Part shown: in pieces, positions 49,150 through 60,066 of the stretch
Position numbering within the stretch: the stretch's first letter is position 1
Layout: each line of letters begins with the position of its first letter
Assembly (NCBI GenBank): GCA_963717225.1
Contig: CAVQWB010000034.1
Span: 65,407 to 129,406, forward strand
DNA length: 64,000 bases
Origin: an uncultured Acidobacteriaceae bacterium
GTDB lineage: Bacteria; Acidobacteriota; Terriglobia; Terriglobales; Acidobacteriaceae
Reading direction: 5' to 3'
Program-made: the position numbers and the translations under genes
Notes under the pieces: model-generated
What the model was told of the DNA's origin: nothing
The model's database searches: none
The model's input: only the letters and a program-made list of their open reading frames with translations

Positions 49150-50023
49150 CTATTTCCCGATAACCTTGGCGAGTGTTTCGCCGATCGCGGCAGGGGACTG
49201 CACTACGTGGATTCCGGCCGCAGTCAGCGCCTTCATCTTGTCGGCTGCAGTGCCCTGGCCGCCAGAGATGATTGCCCCTGCGTGGCCCATCCGTCGCCCC
49301 GGGGGCGCGGTCTGGCCGGCGATGAATCCAACCACCGGTTTCTTCACATGCGCCTTGACGTACGCGGCAGCAGCTTCTTCCGCCGTGCCTCCGATTTCGC
49401 CGATCAGGATGATCGATTCTGTCTCCGGATCCTCATTGAGCAGTTTCAGCGCGTCGACGTGAGTGGTGCCGATGATGGGATCTCCGCCGATGCCGATTGC
49501 CGTAGACTGCCCGATCCCCCGCTGTGTGAGCTGATAGACAGCTTCATAGGTGAGGGTGCCGGAGCGGGAAACGATGCCCACGCTGCCTTGCTTGTGGATA
49601 CGGCCAGGCATGATGCCGATCTTGGCTTTGCCGGGGGAGATGACACCCGGGCAGTTGGGTCCGATGAGCCTCGATTTGGACTTACTCACGACGCTCCACA
49701 CCTTGACCATGTCGTTGGTGGGGATGCCCTCGGTGATGCAGATGATGAGCGGTAGTCCGGCATCTTCGGCTTCCAGGATGGCATCTGCGGCAAACGGCGG
49801 GGGCACAAAGATGACAGTGGCATTAGCCCCGTGTCTTCTCCACTGCCTGCGCCACCGTGTCGAAAACCGGCCAGCCCTCATGGACAGTGCCGCCCTTGCC
49901 CGGCGTCACTCCGCCCACTACTTTGGTCCCATACTCGGCGCAGCCCTTGGCATGGAAAGTTCCTTCCCTGCCCGTAATCCCCTGCACGATGAGCCGCGTT
50001 TTTTCGTCCACTAACACCGACAT
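49150..50023 (-). pseudogene. sucD: succinate--CoA ligase subunit alpha, one +1 frame break
   Basis: ORF 49823..50023 gives [45 protein letters not shown]. The sequence continues as [20 protein letters not shown]...SRSGTLTYE...GIGGDP...MGHAGAII in ORF 49150..49881. The junction is at the CCCC run 49826-49829 or the adjacent bases. Confidence 0.9.
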
Positions 50024-50036
50024 AGATTGCTCCAGC

Positions 50037-51224
50037 TCACTTGGTTGAGGCTTTTTGCCTGGCTGCCTTGACTGCCTTGTCTGCCGCGTCCTGCATCGTC
50101 TCTCCGATGATGAAGTTGAGACCCGAGTTTTTCAGGATTTCTCGTCCCTGTTCCACGTTGGTGCCTTCCAGGCGAAGGATGACGGGAACCTGCACATTGG
50201 TCTTCTTAGCCGCTTCCACCACCCCCTGCGCCAGGGTATCGACGCGCAGAATGCCGCCGAAGATGTTGATGAACACGCCCTGCACGTTTCGGTCCGACAG
50301 CAGTATTTCGAAGGCGTGCTCAATCTGCTGCTGGTTGGCGCCGCCGCCCACGTCGAGAAAGTTTGCCGGCGAGCCCCCGGCGTACTGAATGATGTCCATG
50401 GTCGCCATCGCCAGGCCCGCGCCGTTGACCATGCAGGCGATATTGCCGTCCAGCTTGATGTAATTCAGCGCATACTTGGACGCTTCCACTTCCAACGGAT
50501 CTTCCTCCGCCGTGTCTCGAAGTTCCTTGAGTTCCTTGTGGCGGAAGATAGCGTTGTCGTCAAAATTGATTTTGCAATCGAGCGCCAACAGGCGGTCGTC
50601 GGTGGTGGTGATGAAGGGATTGATTTCCAGCAGGGAAGCGTCCGTCTCCAGAAATACTTTGTACAGGCCGGTCATGAACTTGACCGCTTCGTTGATCTGG
50701 TTCGGCTTCAGGCCCAGCGCGAAGGCCAGTTTACGGGCCTGGTAGGGCTGGAAGCCCACTGCCGGGTCGATATAGGCTTTGAAAATCGCGTCGGGATCTT
50801 TGGCCGCGACTTCTTCGATTTCCATGCCGCCGGCCTGCGAGGCCATGAAGACCAGCTTGGCGGCGGCTCGGTCGAGCACGATGCCCAGGTACAACTCGCG
50901 CGCGATCGGCGACATTTCTTCAATCAGGACCCGTTGCACCTTCTGGCCCTGGGGCCCGGTCTGGTGAGTCACCAGCCGCATGCCGAGAATTTTCTTGGTA
51001 TATTCCTCGGCTTCCGCGAGCGTTTTGGCCAGCTTGACGCCGCCGCCCTTTCCTCGGCCGCCGGCGTGGATTTGCGCTTTGACCACCACGCCTTTGGCGC
51101 CCGCACTAAAGAGCCGCTTGGCCACGTCCAGCGCTTCTTCCAGCGTATTGGCCACCTCACCCTTGGGAACCGCGACCCCGTACCGCTCCAGGATGTCTTT
51201 TGCCTGATACTCGTGAATTTTCAT
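50037..51224 (-). CDS. sucC: ADP-forming succinate--CoA ligase subunit beta
   Basis: [12 protein letters not shown]...[19 protein letters not shown]...[13 protein letters not shown]...[14 protein letters not shown]. Intact, 395 aa. Confidence 0.94.
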   Translation of the reverse strand: MKIHEYQAKDILERYGVAVPKGEVANTLEEALDVAKRLFSAGAKGVVVKAQIHAGGRGKGGGVKLAKTLAEAEEYTKKILGMRLVTHQTGPQGQKVQRVLIEEMSPIARELYLGIVLDRAAAKLVFMASQAGGMEIEEVAAKDPDAIFKAYIDPAVGFQPYQARKLAFALGLKPNQINEAVKFMTGLYKVFLETDASLLEINPFITTTDDRLLALDCKINFDDNAIFRHKELKELRDTAEEDPLEVEASKYALNYIKLDGNIACMVNGAGLAMATMDIIQYAGGSPANFLDVGGGANQQQIEHAFEILLSDRNVQGVFINIFGGILRVDTLAQGVVEAAKKTNVQVPVILRLEGTNVEQGREILKNSGLNFIIGETMQDAADKAVKAARQKASTK

Positions 51225-51331
51225 TCGTTTTGGTCTTTAGACAGAACTTCCATACTAAAGGGGATTGGCCCTGACGGCAAAAACCTGCCCTTTTCGGCTG
51301 TTGGTGGCAATGCTCTAGGATAAAAAGATCC

Positions 51332-52367
51332 ATGTCTCAACTGACAGAGCTGCTCAAGCATGTGGTCGAGGACCATGGCACCCTGACGCAACCACAGGCA
51401 TGCTCGGCGCTCCGGGAAATCCTCGAAGGCGATGCGACTGATATACAAATCGCCTCCTTGTTGACCGCGATCGCGACCCGCGGACCAGCGGTCGAAGAGC
51501 TGTCCGGTTTTGTCCAGGCCATGCGGGCTATGAGCCGTCCGATCCCATTGAGCGAGCCGGAACGGGATCAGCTGGTCGACACCTGCGGCACCGGCAGCGA
51601 TGGCCAGGGTACCTTCAATATCTCCACCGCCGCCGCCCTGGTGGCGGCCGCTGCGGGAGTCAAGGTAGCCAAGCACGGTAACCGGGGCCTCACCTCCAAA
51701 TGCGGTTCAGCCGATGTGTTGGAGGCGCTTGGCATCCCGGTGGAGTTGCCGCCGGAGCGTGCTGTCGAGTGTCTCGCGCCAGACCGGTTTCATGTTTCTC
51801 TACGCTCCTGCCCTGCATCCGGCGATGAAGCGGGTGCAACCTGTACGCCGGGCACTGGGTTTCCGCACCATCTTCAACCTTGCCGGTCCGCTTGCCAATC
51901 CCGCCGGAGCCAAGGCCCAGGTAGTAGGCGTTTTCGCCGGCGTGGATCTGGTGGCCGAAAGCCTGGCTCGGCTGGGTGTGCGCCACGCATTCGTGGTTCA
52001 CGGACGAGATGGCCTGGACGAACTTACGCTGAACGGCGTAAGCGACGTGGCCGAGGTGCGGGAGCACACCGTCCGCAACTTTACCCTGGAAGCGGGCGAC
52101 GCCGGTTTGCAGCAGGCGCCGCTCAGCGCTCTGGCGGGCTGTGACGCCGGCGGCAACGCATCGTTGATAGAAAAAATTCTGCAAGGCGAACCTGGCCCCA
52201 GGCGGGATGTAGTCTTGCTGAACGCCGCTGCAGCCCTGGTCATCGCCGGCCGTGCGGTCGATTTTGCCGGCGGTGTCCGCTCCGCTGCCAACGCGATAGA
52301 CTCAGGTGCTGGTCTGCGGCTGCTGGCGCAGTTGCGCAAATTTGCTAGCCGTGCGATTGCTATTTGA
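51332..52367 (+). pseudogene. trpD: anthranilate phosphoribosyltransferase, one +1 frame break
   Basis: ORF 51332.. gives DTCGTGSDGQGTFNISTAAALVAAAAGVKVAKHGNRGLTSKCGSADVLEALG...AVECL. ORF 51714..52367 continues QTGFMFLYAPALHPAMKRVQPVRRALGFRTIFNLAGPLANP. The junction is at CC 51779-51780. Confidence 0.9.
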
Positions 52368-52390
52368 CCGGCCGTAAGGGAGTTTGCACC

Positions 52391-53139
52391 ATGTCCATCC
52401 CATTAAAATCCGTTGCCGCCCTTTTCCTGGCGGCAGTAGCAATCACCAGCCACGCGCAGCAGATCGTGGTCAACAAAGACAACCGGACGATTGCCGTCAC
52501 GACCAGTGCCGATGCCAGCGCGGATGCTGATGCAGTGACCGTCCAGGTCGGCTTCATCGTTTATGGGGCAGACCAGGATTCGACCTATGCCCTGGGCTCC
52601 AGGACTTCGAATGCCATTGCCGCTGCATTGAAGAAGGCTGAGATCCCGCAGGATGCCATTCAGAGTGAATCGCAGAACATCTCCCCAGTACAGGCATACG
52701 GTGGCGATCAGAACTGGACCCCGGCCGAGAAAGCCCAGCGCAAATTCCAGGTGCAGCAAAACTGGCTCGTGAAAACCGCAGCGGCAAACGCCGCCCGGGT
52801 GCTGGATATTGCGGTTAAGGCAGGCGCCAACCAGAGCGGGCAGATGACTTGGAGTGTCGAGCGACCAGGACGGACTGCAGGCCAAGGCTGCCAAGCTCGC
52901 GATCGAACGCGCCCGGCAGATTGCGCAGCAGATGGCGGCCGGTCTGAGTGCCACCCTGGGCCCCTTGGTGTACGCCAGTAACGAGGCGCCCGCGCGCGAG
53001 CCCCAGCCCCTCATGAGGATGGGCGCCGCCCGATGGCTTGCTGCGCCGGCACAGTCGGTCAAAGATTGCGCCTCTAAGCATCAACGCGCACAAGGTTACT
53101 GCTTCGGCTACGGTCTATGCAGTGTTCAGTATTCAATAG
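52391..53139 (+). pseudogene. SIMPL-domain (DUF541) periplasmic protein, two +1 frame breaks
   Basis: Signal peptide at ATG 52391, then NRTIAVTTSADASADADAVTVQVGF. The sequence continues SSDQDGLQAKAAKLAIERARQIAQQMAAGL in a second frame, from about 52848-52860. It then continues KIAPLSINAHKVTASATVYAVFSIQ in a third frame, from the AAA run at 53061-53063. Confidence 0.72.
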
Positions 53140-53176
53140 GATGGCATCGTATGCGGAACGAAAGGGACGCTAACCC

Positions 53177-53963
53177 ATGGCGAAATACCAGTATCGCGAT
53201 TTAAAACCGACCGCTGAAGCCGAAGACCTCTATCGGCGCTGGCTGTGCCATCTGGATGAAGAATTCACCCGCCATAAAGAATCTCGGCTGCGGGGAGAAA
53301 TCGTCCGCGATGCGTTGCACCAGATTTATCTCGGCCGCCCCCACGGCGGCAAGCTCAACACATCGCTCATTTCAGAATTGCCCGGCAACGTCTTGCAGAT
53401 GAATCTTAGACCCGGCAAACGTCACCCTGGAACCGGAGTATTACGGCGATGTCGACGTCGAAAAATACTGCGAGCGCAAGCCCTTGATCTGGTTCTGGCA
53501 AATGTTCGACCGGTCGGCATTGGGACTGAATCACTGGCTGGGCTTTCGCTTCCGCAAGATGCTGGCCAAACACATCTTCAAACACGTGGGCAAGAACGTG
53601 AAGATCTTTCACGGGGTTGAGTTCAGTTTCGGTTACAACCTGACTGTCGAAGACGACTGCACCATTCATAAATACGTCATGCTGGATGACCGCGGCGAGC
53701 TCATCATCCGCAAAGGGACGTCCATTTCCGACTACGCGGCGTTGTACTCCCACTGGCATGACTCTACGGATGCTCACGATATCGACAACCGCACCACCGA
53801 GGTCGGCCCTGCCGCGCGCCTCACCTATCACTCTTCAGTGATGGCCGGCATCAAGGTGGGCGAAGATGCCATGCTGGGCGCGATGGGCATCGCTACCCAT
53901 GACGTGCCGCCGCATGCCGTCTGGGGAGGTATTCCAGCCCGCCAGATCAGGGTCAAGAAGTGA
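53177..53963 (+). pseudogene. left-handed beta-helix (hexapeptide-repeat) acyltransferase, one +1 frame break
   Basis: The N-terminal part is in ORF 53177... The sequence continues DPANVTLEPEYYGDV...IFHGVEFSFGYNLTVEDDCTIHKYVMLDD...VGEDAMLGAMGIATHDVPPHAVWGGIPAR in ORF 53484..53963. The junction is at about 53404-53410. Confidence 0.7.
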
Positions 53964-54024
53964 GTCACCGCGAAGATTGTAAACGTATTTAGGCCGCGGC
54001 TGGCATGCTACCATCAGGCTTCCG

Positions 54025-54729
54025 ATGGGAACTCCTGAAATCGCTCTGAACGTATGTGAATTTGTGGTGTTGCTGTTCGCGCTCAGCCTTCACGAATCGG
54101 CACACGGATGGATGGCTTCGCGTCTGGGTGACCAGACGGCGCGTATGCTGGGCCGGATTACACTCAACCCCGTCAAACATATCGATCCGGTGGGCACCAT
54201 CATGTTGCCCCTGGTGGCGATGGTCACCCACATCCCTCTGATTGGCTGGGCCAAGCCGACCCCCGTGAACACCCGCAACTTCAAGAATTTCGTGCGCGAC
54301 GACATCCTCACCACCCTGGCTGGTCCGGTCAGCAACGTGATTGGATCTGTGGTCTCTTTAATCGTTCTGATCATCATCGCCAAGACATCTCCCGTCGGCT
54401 TGGTTTCGGTGCGGTCGGTCGCCATGCGTGGCATAAGCGGGCTCGATCCGCAGCTCCTGGCCGTGAGCCCGGTCGCTTATCCGCTGTCGTTGATTTTTTA
54501 CATCGGCATGCTGTTGAATCTGTTCCTGGCAGCATTCAATCTACTTCCTCTGCCCCCTCTGGACGGAAGCCACATCTTCCGCCACATGCTGCCTTATCGT
54601 TGGCTGCCGGTTTATGACCGGTTGGGAATCCTGAGCCTCTTCCTCATGCTGTTCTTTGGCGGTGGAGTGACCATGGCAATGGTGAATCCCGTGCTCGGCT
54701 TCTTCCGCGTTTTGCTGCTCTCGATTTGA
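54025..54729 (+). CDS. site-2 protease (M50) family metallopeptidase
   Basis: HESAHGW zinc motif, RITLNPVKHIDPVGT, and the second motif NLLPLPPLDGSHI. The protein is multi-TM, 234 aa. Confidence 0.85.
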   Translation: MGTPEIALNVCEFVVLLFALSLHESAHGWMASRLGDQTARMLGRITLNPVKHIDPVGTIMLPLVAMVTHIPLIGWAKPTPVNTRNFKNFVRDDILTTLAGPVSNVIGSVVSLIVLIIIAKTSPVGLVSVRSVAMRGISGLDPQLLAVSPVAYPLSLIFYIGMLLNLFLAAFNLLPLPPLDGSHIFRHMLPYRWLPVYDRLGILSLFLMLFFGGGVTMAMVNPVLGFFRVLLLSI

Positions 54730-55796
54730 AGGTTTTCCGTACAATCGAGGCAGTGAATCAAGACCCGAATCGTTCCCAACTCAAGCGCGTGCTGAGCGGC
54801 ATGCGGCCTACCGGCAAATTGCATCTCGGCAATTACATGGGCGCCCTTTACAACTGGGTTCGCCTGCAACACGACTACAACTGCTACTTTTTTGTCGCCG
54901 ACTGGCACGCCCTCACGACCGATTACGCCGACACCTCCAACCTGCGGCAAAATACGGTGGATGTCGCTATGGATTGGCTGGCGGCAGGGTTGGATCCCGA
55001 GCGCTGCGTCCTCTTTGTGCAGTCCCTGGTGCCGCAGCACGCAGAGTTGCACCTGCTGCTTTCGATGATCATGCCGCTCAGTTGGCTGGAGCGGGTACCG
55101 ACTTACAAAGAGCAGCAACTGCAGCTGGGAGATAAGGATCTCGCTACCTACGGCTTTCTCGGATATCCATTGCTGATGGCAACGGATATTCTGATCTATC
55201 AAGCGGACTTTGTCCCCGTGGGGCAAGACCAGGTGGCGCACGTGGAAGTTACCCGGGAAGTGGCCAGGCGATTCAACCATTTTTATCCCGGCCGGGCAGA
55301 GATTTTGCCCGAACCGCAGGTCTTGCTGACTCCCTCTCCAAAGCTGCCCGGCACCGATGGCCGAAAGATGTCAAAAAGCTACGGCAACACCATCCTGCTT
55401 ACTGACCCGGAGCCGGTGATACGCCAGAAATTGAAGACCATGGTGACCGATCCGGCGCGGGTAAGGCGGAGCGATCCTGGCGACCCCGATGTATGCCCGG
55501 TGGGCGATCTGCACAAGGTCTTTTCGACCCCGGACACACTGCAGAAGGTCTATGCCGGTTGCCGTTCGGCGGGCATCGGTTGCATCGAGTGCAAAGGCTG
55601 GGCCGCAGACGCGATCGTGGCCGAACTGGAGCCAATGCAACAGCGGCGAAGGAAATATGAGGACCAGCCGCGCTTGGTCCATGACATTCTGCATAGTGGC
55701 TCAGAACTGGCCCGGGCCCGCGCCGAAGAAACCATGGAGCAGGTGAGGGAAGCAATGCATCTGGTGCAGCCCGAGTCTGGAGAGCGCGCCCAATGA
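54726..55796 (+). CDS. trpS: tryptophan--tRNA ligase
   Basis: SGMRPTGKLHLGNYMGAL (HIGH-type motif), GQDQVAHVEVTRE, and KMSKS. The TTG start overlaps the upstream stop, so the exact start is uncertain. Confidence 0.9.
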   Translation: MKVFRTIEAVNQDPNRSQLKRVLSGMRPTGKLHLGNYMGALYNWVRLQHDYNCYFFVADWHALTTDYADTSNLRQNTVDVAMDWLAAGLDPERCVLFVQSLVPQHAELHLLLSMIMPLSWLERVPTYKEQQLQLGDKDLATYGFLGYPLLMATDILIYQADFVPVGQDQVAHVEVTREVARRFNHFYPGRAEILPEPQVLLTPSPKLPGTDGRKMSKSYGNTILLTDPEPVIRQKLKTMVTDPARVRRSDPGDPDVCPVGDLHKVFSTPDTLQKVYAGCRSAGIGCIECKGWAADAIVAELEPMQQRRRKYEDQPRLVHDILHSGSELARARAEETMEQVREAMHLVQPESGERAQ

Positions 55797-56611
55797 GCGA
55801 CGAAACGCGCGACAAGAAGAGGGAAGCAGCCGAGAGCGCATCGCCCTATAGCGTCAGCGTTGGGGCGGTGTATGACGGTCCCCTCGACCTCCTGCTGGAC
55901 CTGATCCGCAAGCAGGACATCGATATTTATGACATCCCCATCGCCAAGATCACCGCTCAGTTTCTGGCTTACGTGGAGGGCCTGAAGCAGACCGAGGTCG
56001 ATGCTGCGGCGGACTTCATTTACGTAGCTTCGCTGCTGATCCACATCAAGAGCCGCATGCTTCTGCCCCGGACCTCGGCGGAAGGAACCGACGGCGAGCA
56101 GGAAGATCCGCGGCGTGAACTGGTTGAACGGCTGCTGGAGCATGAGCGCTTCAAGAATGCAGCCCAGATGCTGCTGCAGAAGCAACAGATCGAAGCCGCC
56201 ACCTGGACCAATCCGGCGATCCGGCAATTTAGTACCGAAGAGGGGTCCGAGCCAGAGATCGCGGCCGACACGGTTGACCTGGTGCGCGTTTTCCGCGAAA
56301 TTCTCGATCGGGCACGCCAGAGGCCGGTGCTCGACGTGGATGAGGAAGCCGTAACCGTCTCCCAGATGCTTGACTATGTTCGCCGCCGTCTGATCATGGA
56401 AGATCGGCCGGTGTCATTGAGCAGTCTGCTCCGAAATACGCGCTCGGAGCGAGCGCTTATCTGCATGTTTCTCGCCCTCCTCGAGCTGGTGCGCTTGCAG
56501 GCAGTTCTGCTGAGACAGGACAACAACTTCAGCGAGGTTTACATCAAGAAGCACGCGTCATTCGAGTCGGTAATCGATCAAGGTCTACAAGCCAAGGACG
56601 ACTGGCGCTAA
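55793..56611 (+). CDS. scpA: segregation and condensation protein A
   Basis: YDGPLDLLLDLIRKQDIDIYDIPIAKITAQFLAYV is the canonical ScpA N-terminus. The ATG overlaps the trpS stop (ATGA). Confidence 0.88.
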   Translation: MSDETRDKKREAAESASPYSVSVGAVYDGPLDLLLDLIRKQDIDIYDIPIAKITAQFLAYVEGLKQTEVDAAADFIYVASLLIHIKSRMLLPRTSAEGTDGEQEDPRRELVERLLEHERFKNAAQMLLQKQQIEAATWTNPAIRQFSTEEGSEPEIAADTVDLVRVFREILDRARQRPVLDVDEEAVTVSQMLDYVRRRLIMEDRPVSLSSLLRNTRSERALICMFLALLELVRLQAVLLRQDNNFSEVYIKKHASFESVIDQGLQAKDDWR

Positions 56612-56836
56612 TAGCGTCAAAGGGAAAACCGCAGATCTGCGACGTTCTCACTCTACCCCCACCCCACCGCTCCCCAATTCACATAACTTTAATATTCTGG
56701 GGTACCACAATTCATACTCCCAATAGACGCACTTTGGTACGGTTGCCAACACCTACAAGTGTTGGAGTGTGCGCGCGTGAACGACGGATCCTCTGCGGTT
56801 TTGACTCCCCCCGGCAAAAGTTCTGTACACGACAAA

Positions 56837-58403
56837 ATGAACCGAAAGCAGGGCAAGATCCCGATGATCATCTTCGGGCTTGTGCTTGTTGGCGGCATCG
56901 GGTGGGCGGCGTCCCAGCTCCTTGGCGACCTGTTTTCGGTGCCGCATAGCGCCTCGGCGATGGCCTACACCCTGCTTTGTATTGCGTTGCTGATCGCGCT
57001 CGGGTTTGAGTTCGTCAACGGATTTCACGACACTGCCAACGCAGTGGCTACCGTGATCTATACTCACTCGCTCGAACCTCACATTGCCGTGATGTGGTCG
57101 GGCATGTGGAACCTGATCGGGGTGTTGCTGTCTTCCGGGGCGGTCGCCTTCGCCGTAGTCTCGCTGCTTCCGGTCGAGCTGATCCTCAAGGTAGGATCGG
57201 GCGCTGGATTCGCCATGGTCTTCGCCCTGCTGGTTTCGGCCATTCTTTGGAACCTGAGCACCTGGTGGTACGGACTGCCGGCCTCCAGTTCGCATACCCT
57301 CATCGGTTCGATCATCGGTGTCGGCGTGGCCAATCAGTTGATGGCAGGTTCCACGGGCACCTCGGGCGTGGATTGGTCGCAGGTGGGCAACGTCTTCCGT
57401 TCGCTGCTCATTTCTCCCATCGTCGGCTTCGTCCTTTCCGCTGTGTTATTACTCGTGCTCAAGTTCGTAATCAAGGATCCGCGGCTCTTTGAGGCGCCAA
57501 AGGGCGACGCCCCGCCGCCATTTTGGATTCGCTGCCTGCTGGTGCTGACCTGCACCGGTGTGAGCTTCTTCCACGGCTCGAATGACGGTCAGAAGGGCAT
57601 GGGACTCATCATGCTGATCCTGATCGGCACGGTGCCCACCGCGTATGCCCTCAATCACGCGGTCGGCTATAGCCAGGTCCAGGATTTCGTCGCCGTATCC
57701 GAACAGGCGGCCAAGGTAATGAGCGCGCACGTTGACTCGAACGCCGTCATCGATGATCCGCGGGCTGATCTGACCGAATACCTCCAGACCAAGAAACAGA
57801 CACCGACCACGATTTTGGCGGAACGCCAGATGATTCTTGAGATCGAGCATGAGGTTGCATCAATACAAAACGCTGAAAGGTGTGCCCGCCGGTCAGCAGT
57901 CGAACGTGCGCAACGACATGTATATCTCGAGTGAGGCTCTCCGCCTTTTCGCCAAGTCAAAGAAGCCGGCATTCACCCCGGAAGAAGCGGCGGTGATGGC
58001 GAACTACAAGAAGAAACTCGATCTTTCCACCAAATTCATCCCGCCGTGGGTCAAGGTAGCCGTGGCGATCGCTCTCGGCCTTGGCACCATGATTGGCTGG
58101 AAGCGCATTGTCGTCACGGTAGGCGAGAAGATTGGAAAAACACACCTCACTTACGGCCAGGGCGCTTCGGCCGAAATTGTGGCCATGTTTACCATTTGGG
58201 CGGCCGATAATTACGGCCTGCCCGTCAGTACCACTCACGTGCTCTCCTCTGGCGTCGCCGGAACGATGATGGCCAACAAGAGCGGACTGCAGTGGTCCAC
58301 CATCCGCAACATCGCAGCCGCGTGGGTCTTCACCTTGCCGGTGGCGGCCCTCATGGCTGCCGGCCTCTTCTGGGTCTTCGTGCAATTTGCCCCCAAGGGC
58401 TAG
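56837..58403 (+). pseudogene. pit: PiT-family inorganic phosphate transporter, one +1 frame break
   Basis: GFEFVNGFHDTANAVATVIYT and FFHGSNDGQKGMG lie in ORF 56759..57934. The sequence continues YKTLKGVPAGQQSNVRNDMY...GASAEIVAM...PVSTTHVLSSGVAGTM in ORF 57837..58403. The junction is at about 57860-57871. Confidence 0.85.
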
Positions 58404-58427
58404 CAGGGCCTCAGCCGGTACGACAAA

Positions 58428-58465
58428 CGAAAGGCGCCTCGATTTTTTCATCGGGGCGCCTTTCG
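58428..58465 (+). terminator. intrinsic-terminator-like hairpin after pit
   Basis: CGAAAGGCGCCTCGA-TTTTTTCA-TCGGGGCGCCTTTCG forms a 15-bp stem with one mismatch, beginning 25 nt after the stop codon. Confidence 0.55.
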
Positions 58466-58559
58466 CTTGTCCGGCCGTTCCTCCCCTGCGAAACCCCAAC
58501 GCCGGGCATACGGACTAGCCTCGATAGCCTGGATTTCTGACAGACCTGCCTCTCTCTAC

Positions 58560-58760
58560 CCGTAACAAATGAAGGGGTGCCCCATATCTGCCCGGTTTTG
58601 GCAGATGTGGGATTCCACGGACCTCAACCGCCGACTGTGCAGGGTGTAGAGGATCATGGACCTCGGGATCCGTGCAGTAGAGAAGTGGCCGGTCTAGCGC
58701 AGTGGAATCCCACATCTGCCAAAATCGGGCAGATACGGGGCACCCTTCACTTGTTTACGG
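58560..58760. repeat. about 200-nt nested inverted-repeat element (family C)
   Basis: The left arm CCGTAACAAATGAAGGGGTGCCCCATATCTGCCCGGTTTTGGCAGATGTGGGATTCCAC (58560-58618) and the right arm GTGGAATCCCACATCTGCCAAAATCGGGCAGATACGGGGCACCCTTCACTTGTTTACGG (58702-58760) are roughly 90% complementary by eye. Each arm contains its own hairpin ATCTGCC-N7-GGCAGAT. Confidence 0.85.
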
Positions 58761-58879
58761 TTAGAGATCTCGCCATGGCAATTATCGGTTGTCGCGAAAT
58801 CTGTGAGAAATTCAGGCTAGTAGGTACGGATTGGCATGTGGGCTGATAGGTAGTGGAGGGACCTGCTGTTTCTCTTCCC

Positions 58880-59045
58880 GTTCTCACACACCCTCTTCAT
58901 TGATGACTGCAAAACTAATGTCCGGGTCAGTCTGTTTCGAGCCAATTTCGAAAAGTGCTTTGTATCAGGGCACGACTTCAGTCGTGCCGAAAAGTGCCAG
59001 TAGGACGAGGGCTTTAGCCCCTGAGGTGTTTCGACAGCCTAAAGC
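58880..59045. repeat. family B end motif plus family A unit
   Basis: GTTCTCACACACCCTCT (58881-58897) also occurs at 13417-13433. GCTTTGTATCAGGGCACGACTTCAGTCGTGCC ... GGGCTTTAGCCCC ... CCTAAAGCCGC is at 58955-59050. Confidence 0.8.
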
Positions 59046-59160
59046 CGCATGAGGTTCTTGATTCCACAGCCCCCTGCTTTTCCCCTCGCAAGCGAAAATA
59101 TGAGTGCTTCGATACTATGAAACAAGGCGTCTCTGCATTTGTGGGGCGCGATAGTTCTCC

Positions 59161-60066
59161 ATGAGTTTAAAAGCCAAATTGGAAGCGGTTATCTATGCAG
59201 CAGAGGAGCCAGTGACCCTGGCCCAGCTCGCTGCCATCTTTGGGGATGAAATCTCGCCTGTCGAAGAGGCGGCCGAACCGGCGGCGGAGCAGATTGCTTT
59301 GATCGAATCCGACGCTCCCGCCACAAACCCCACACCTGAGGAAGCACCGGTCGTAGAAGATACGTCGACCGCCGCGGAACCCAGTGAGAGCGACGAAAAG
59401 AAAGCGGCACGCCATCGCGACCGCCGTGTCCGCCAACTATTGCAACCCGTGCTCGATGAACTGATCGCGGACTACGCCAACGGCGAGCGAGGCATGGAGA
59501 TCCGGGAGATCGCCGGTGGCTACCGAATGGCGACCAAACCGGAATATCACGATGCGGTGCGTGGGTTTGTAAAGAGTCTGAAACCGCCCATGAAACTCTC
59601 TCTGCAAGCCCTGGAAACACTGGCGGTGATTGCCTACAAGCAGCCGGTAACCGCTCCTGAAGTGAGTGAGATCCGGGGAGTCGACTCGGGCGGTGTACTC
59701 GGCGGCCTGGTGAGCCGCAAGCTCATCACCACGGCGGGAAGAAAGCCGGTGATCGGGCGGCCCATCCTCTACAAGACCACCAAGGAGTTTCTCCTCCGCT
59801 TCGGGCTGAAAGACGTGAATGATCTGCCCAGCATGGAAGAATTTGAAAAGATGGCGGGAGAGCTGGCTGAATCTGAAGCCGAGGGCGAAGCCCTGGACGC
59901 GGCCAATGACGCGGCCAATGACGCGATCAATGACGCGATCAATCTTGGCTCTGATCCGCCGCCCCAATCCGAAGCGCCAGAATCGGTGCCGGAATCCCCT
60001 GCCCAAGCCACCGCAGAGCACGACGCCGAGCCGGAAGCCGAGCCGCAAGCCGAGCACCAGGTATGA
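59161..60066 (+). CDS. scpB: SMC-Scp complex subunit ScpB with acidic insertions
   Basis: LKAKLEAVIYAAEEPVTLAQLAAIF, EIAGGYRMATKPEY, LSLQALETLAVIAYKQPVTAPEVSEIRGV, and YKTTKEFLLRFGL. It also has an acidic low-complexity internal region and tail. Confidence 0.87.
   Translation: MSLKAKLEAVIYAAEEPVTLAQLAAIFGDEISPVEEAAEPAAEQIALIESDAPATNPTPEEAPVVEDTSTAAEPSESDEKKAARHRDRRVRQLLQPVLDELIADYANGERGMEIREIAGGYRMATKPEYHDAVRGFVKSLKPPMKLSLQALETLAVIAYKQPVTAPEVSEIRGVDSGGVLGGLVSRKLITTAGRKPVIGRPILYKTTKEFLLRFGLKDVNDLPSMEEFEKMAGELAESEAEGEALDAANDAANDAINDAINLGSDPPPQSEAPESVPESPAQATAEHDAEPEAEPQAEHQV

Noticed and set aside
50055-51323. 422-aa ORF on the plus strand
   Set aside because: It lies entirely antisense to the intact, highly conserved sucC gene. 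It has a low-complexity, Arg/Gly/His-rich composition typical of shadow ORFs in GC-rich DNA. Such antisense ORFs are known sources of spurious annotations.
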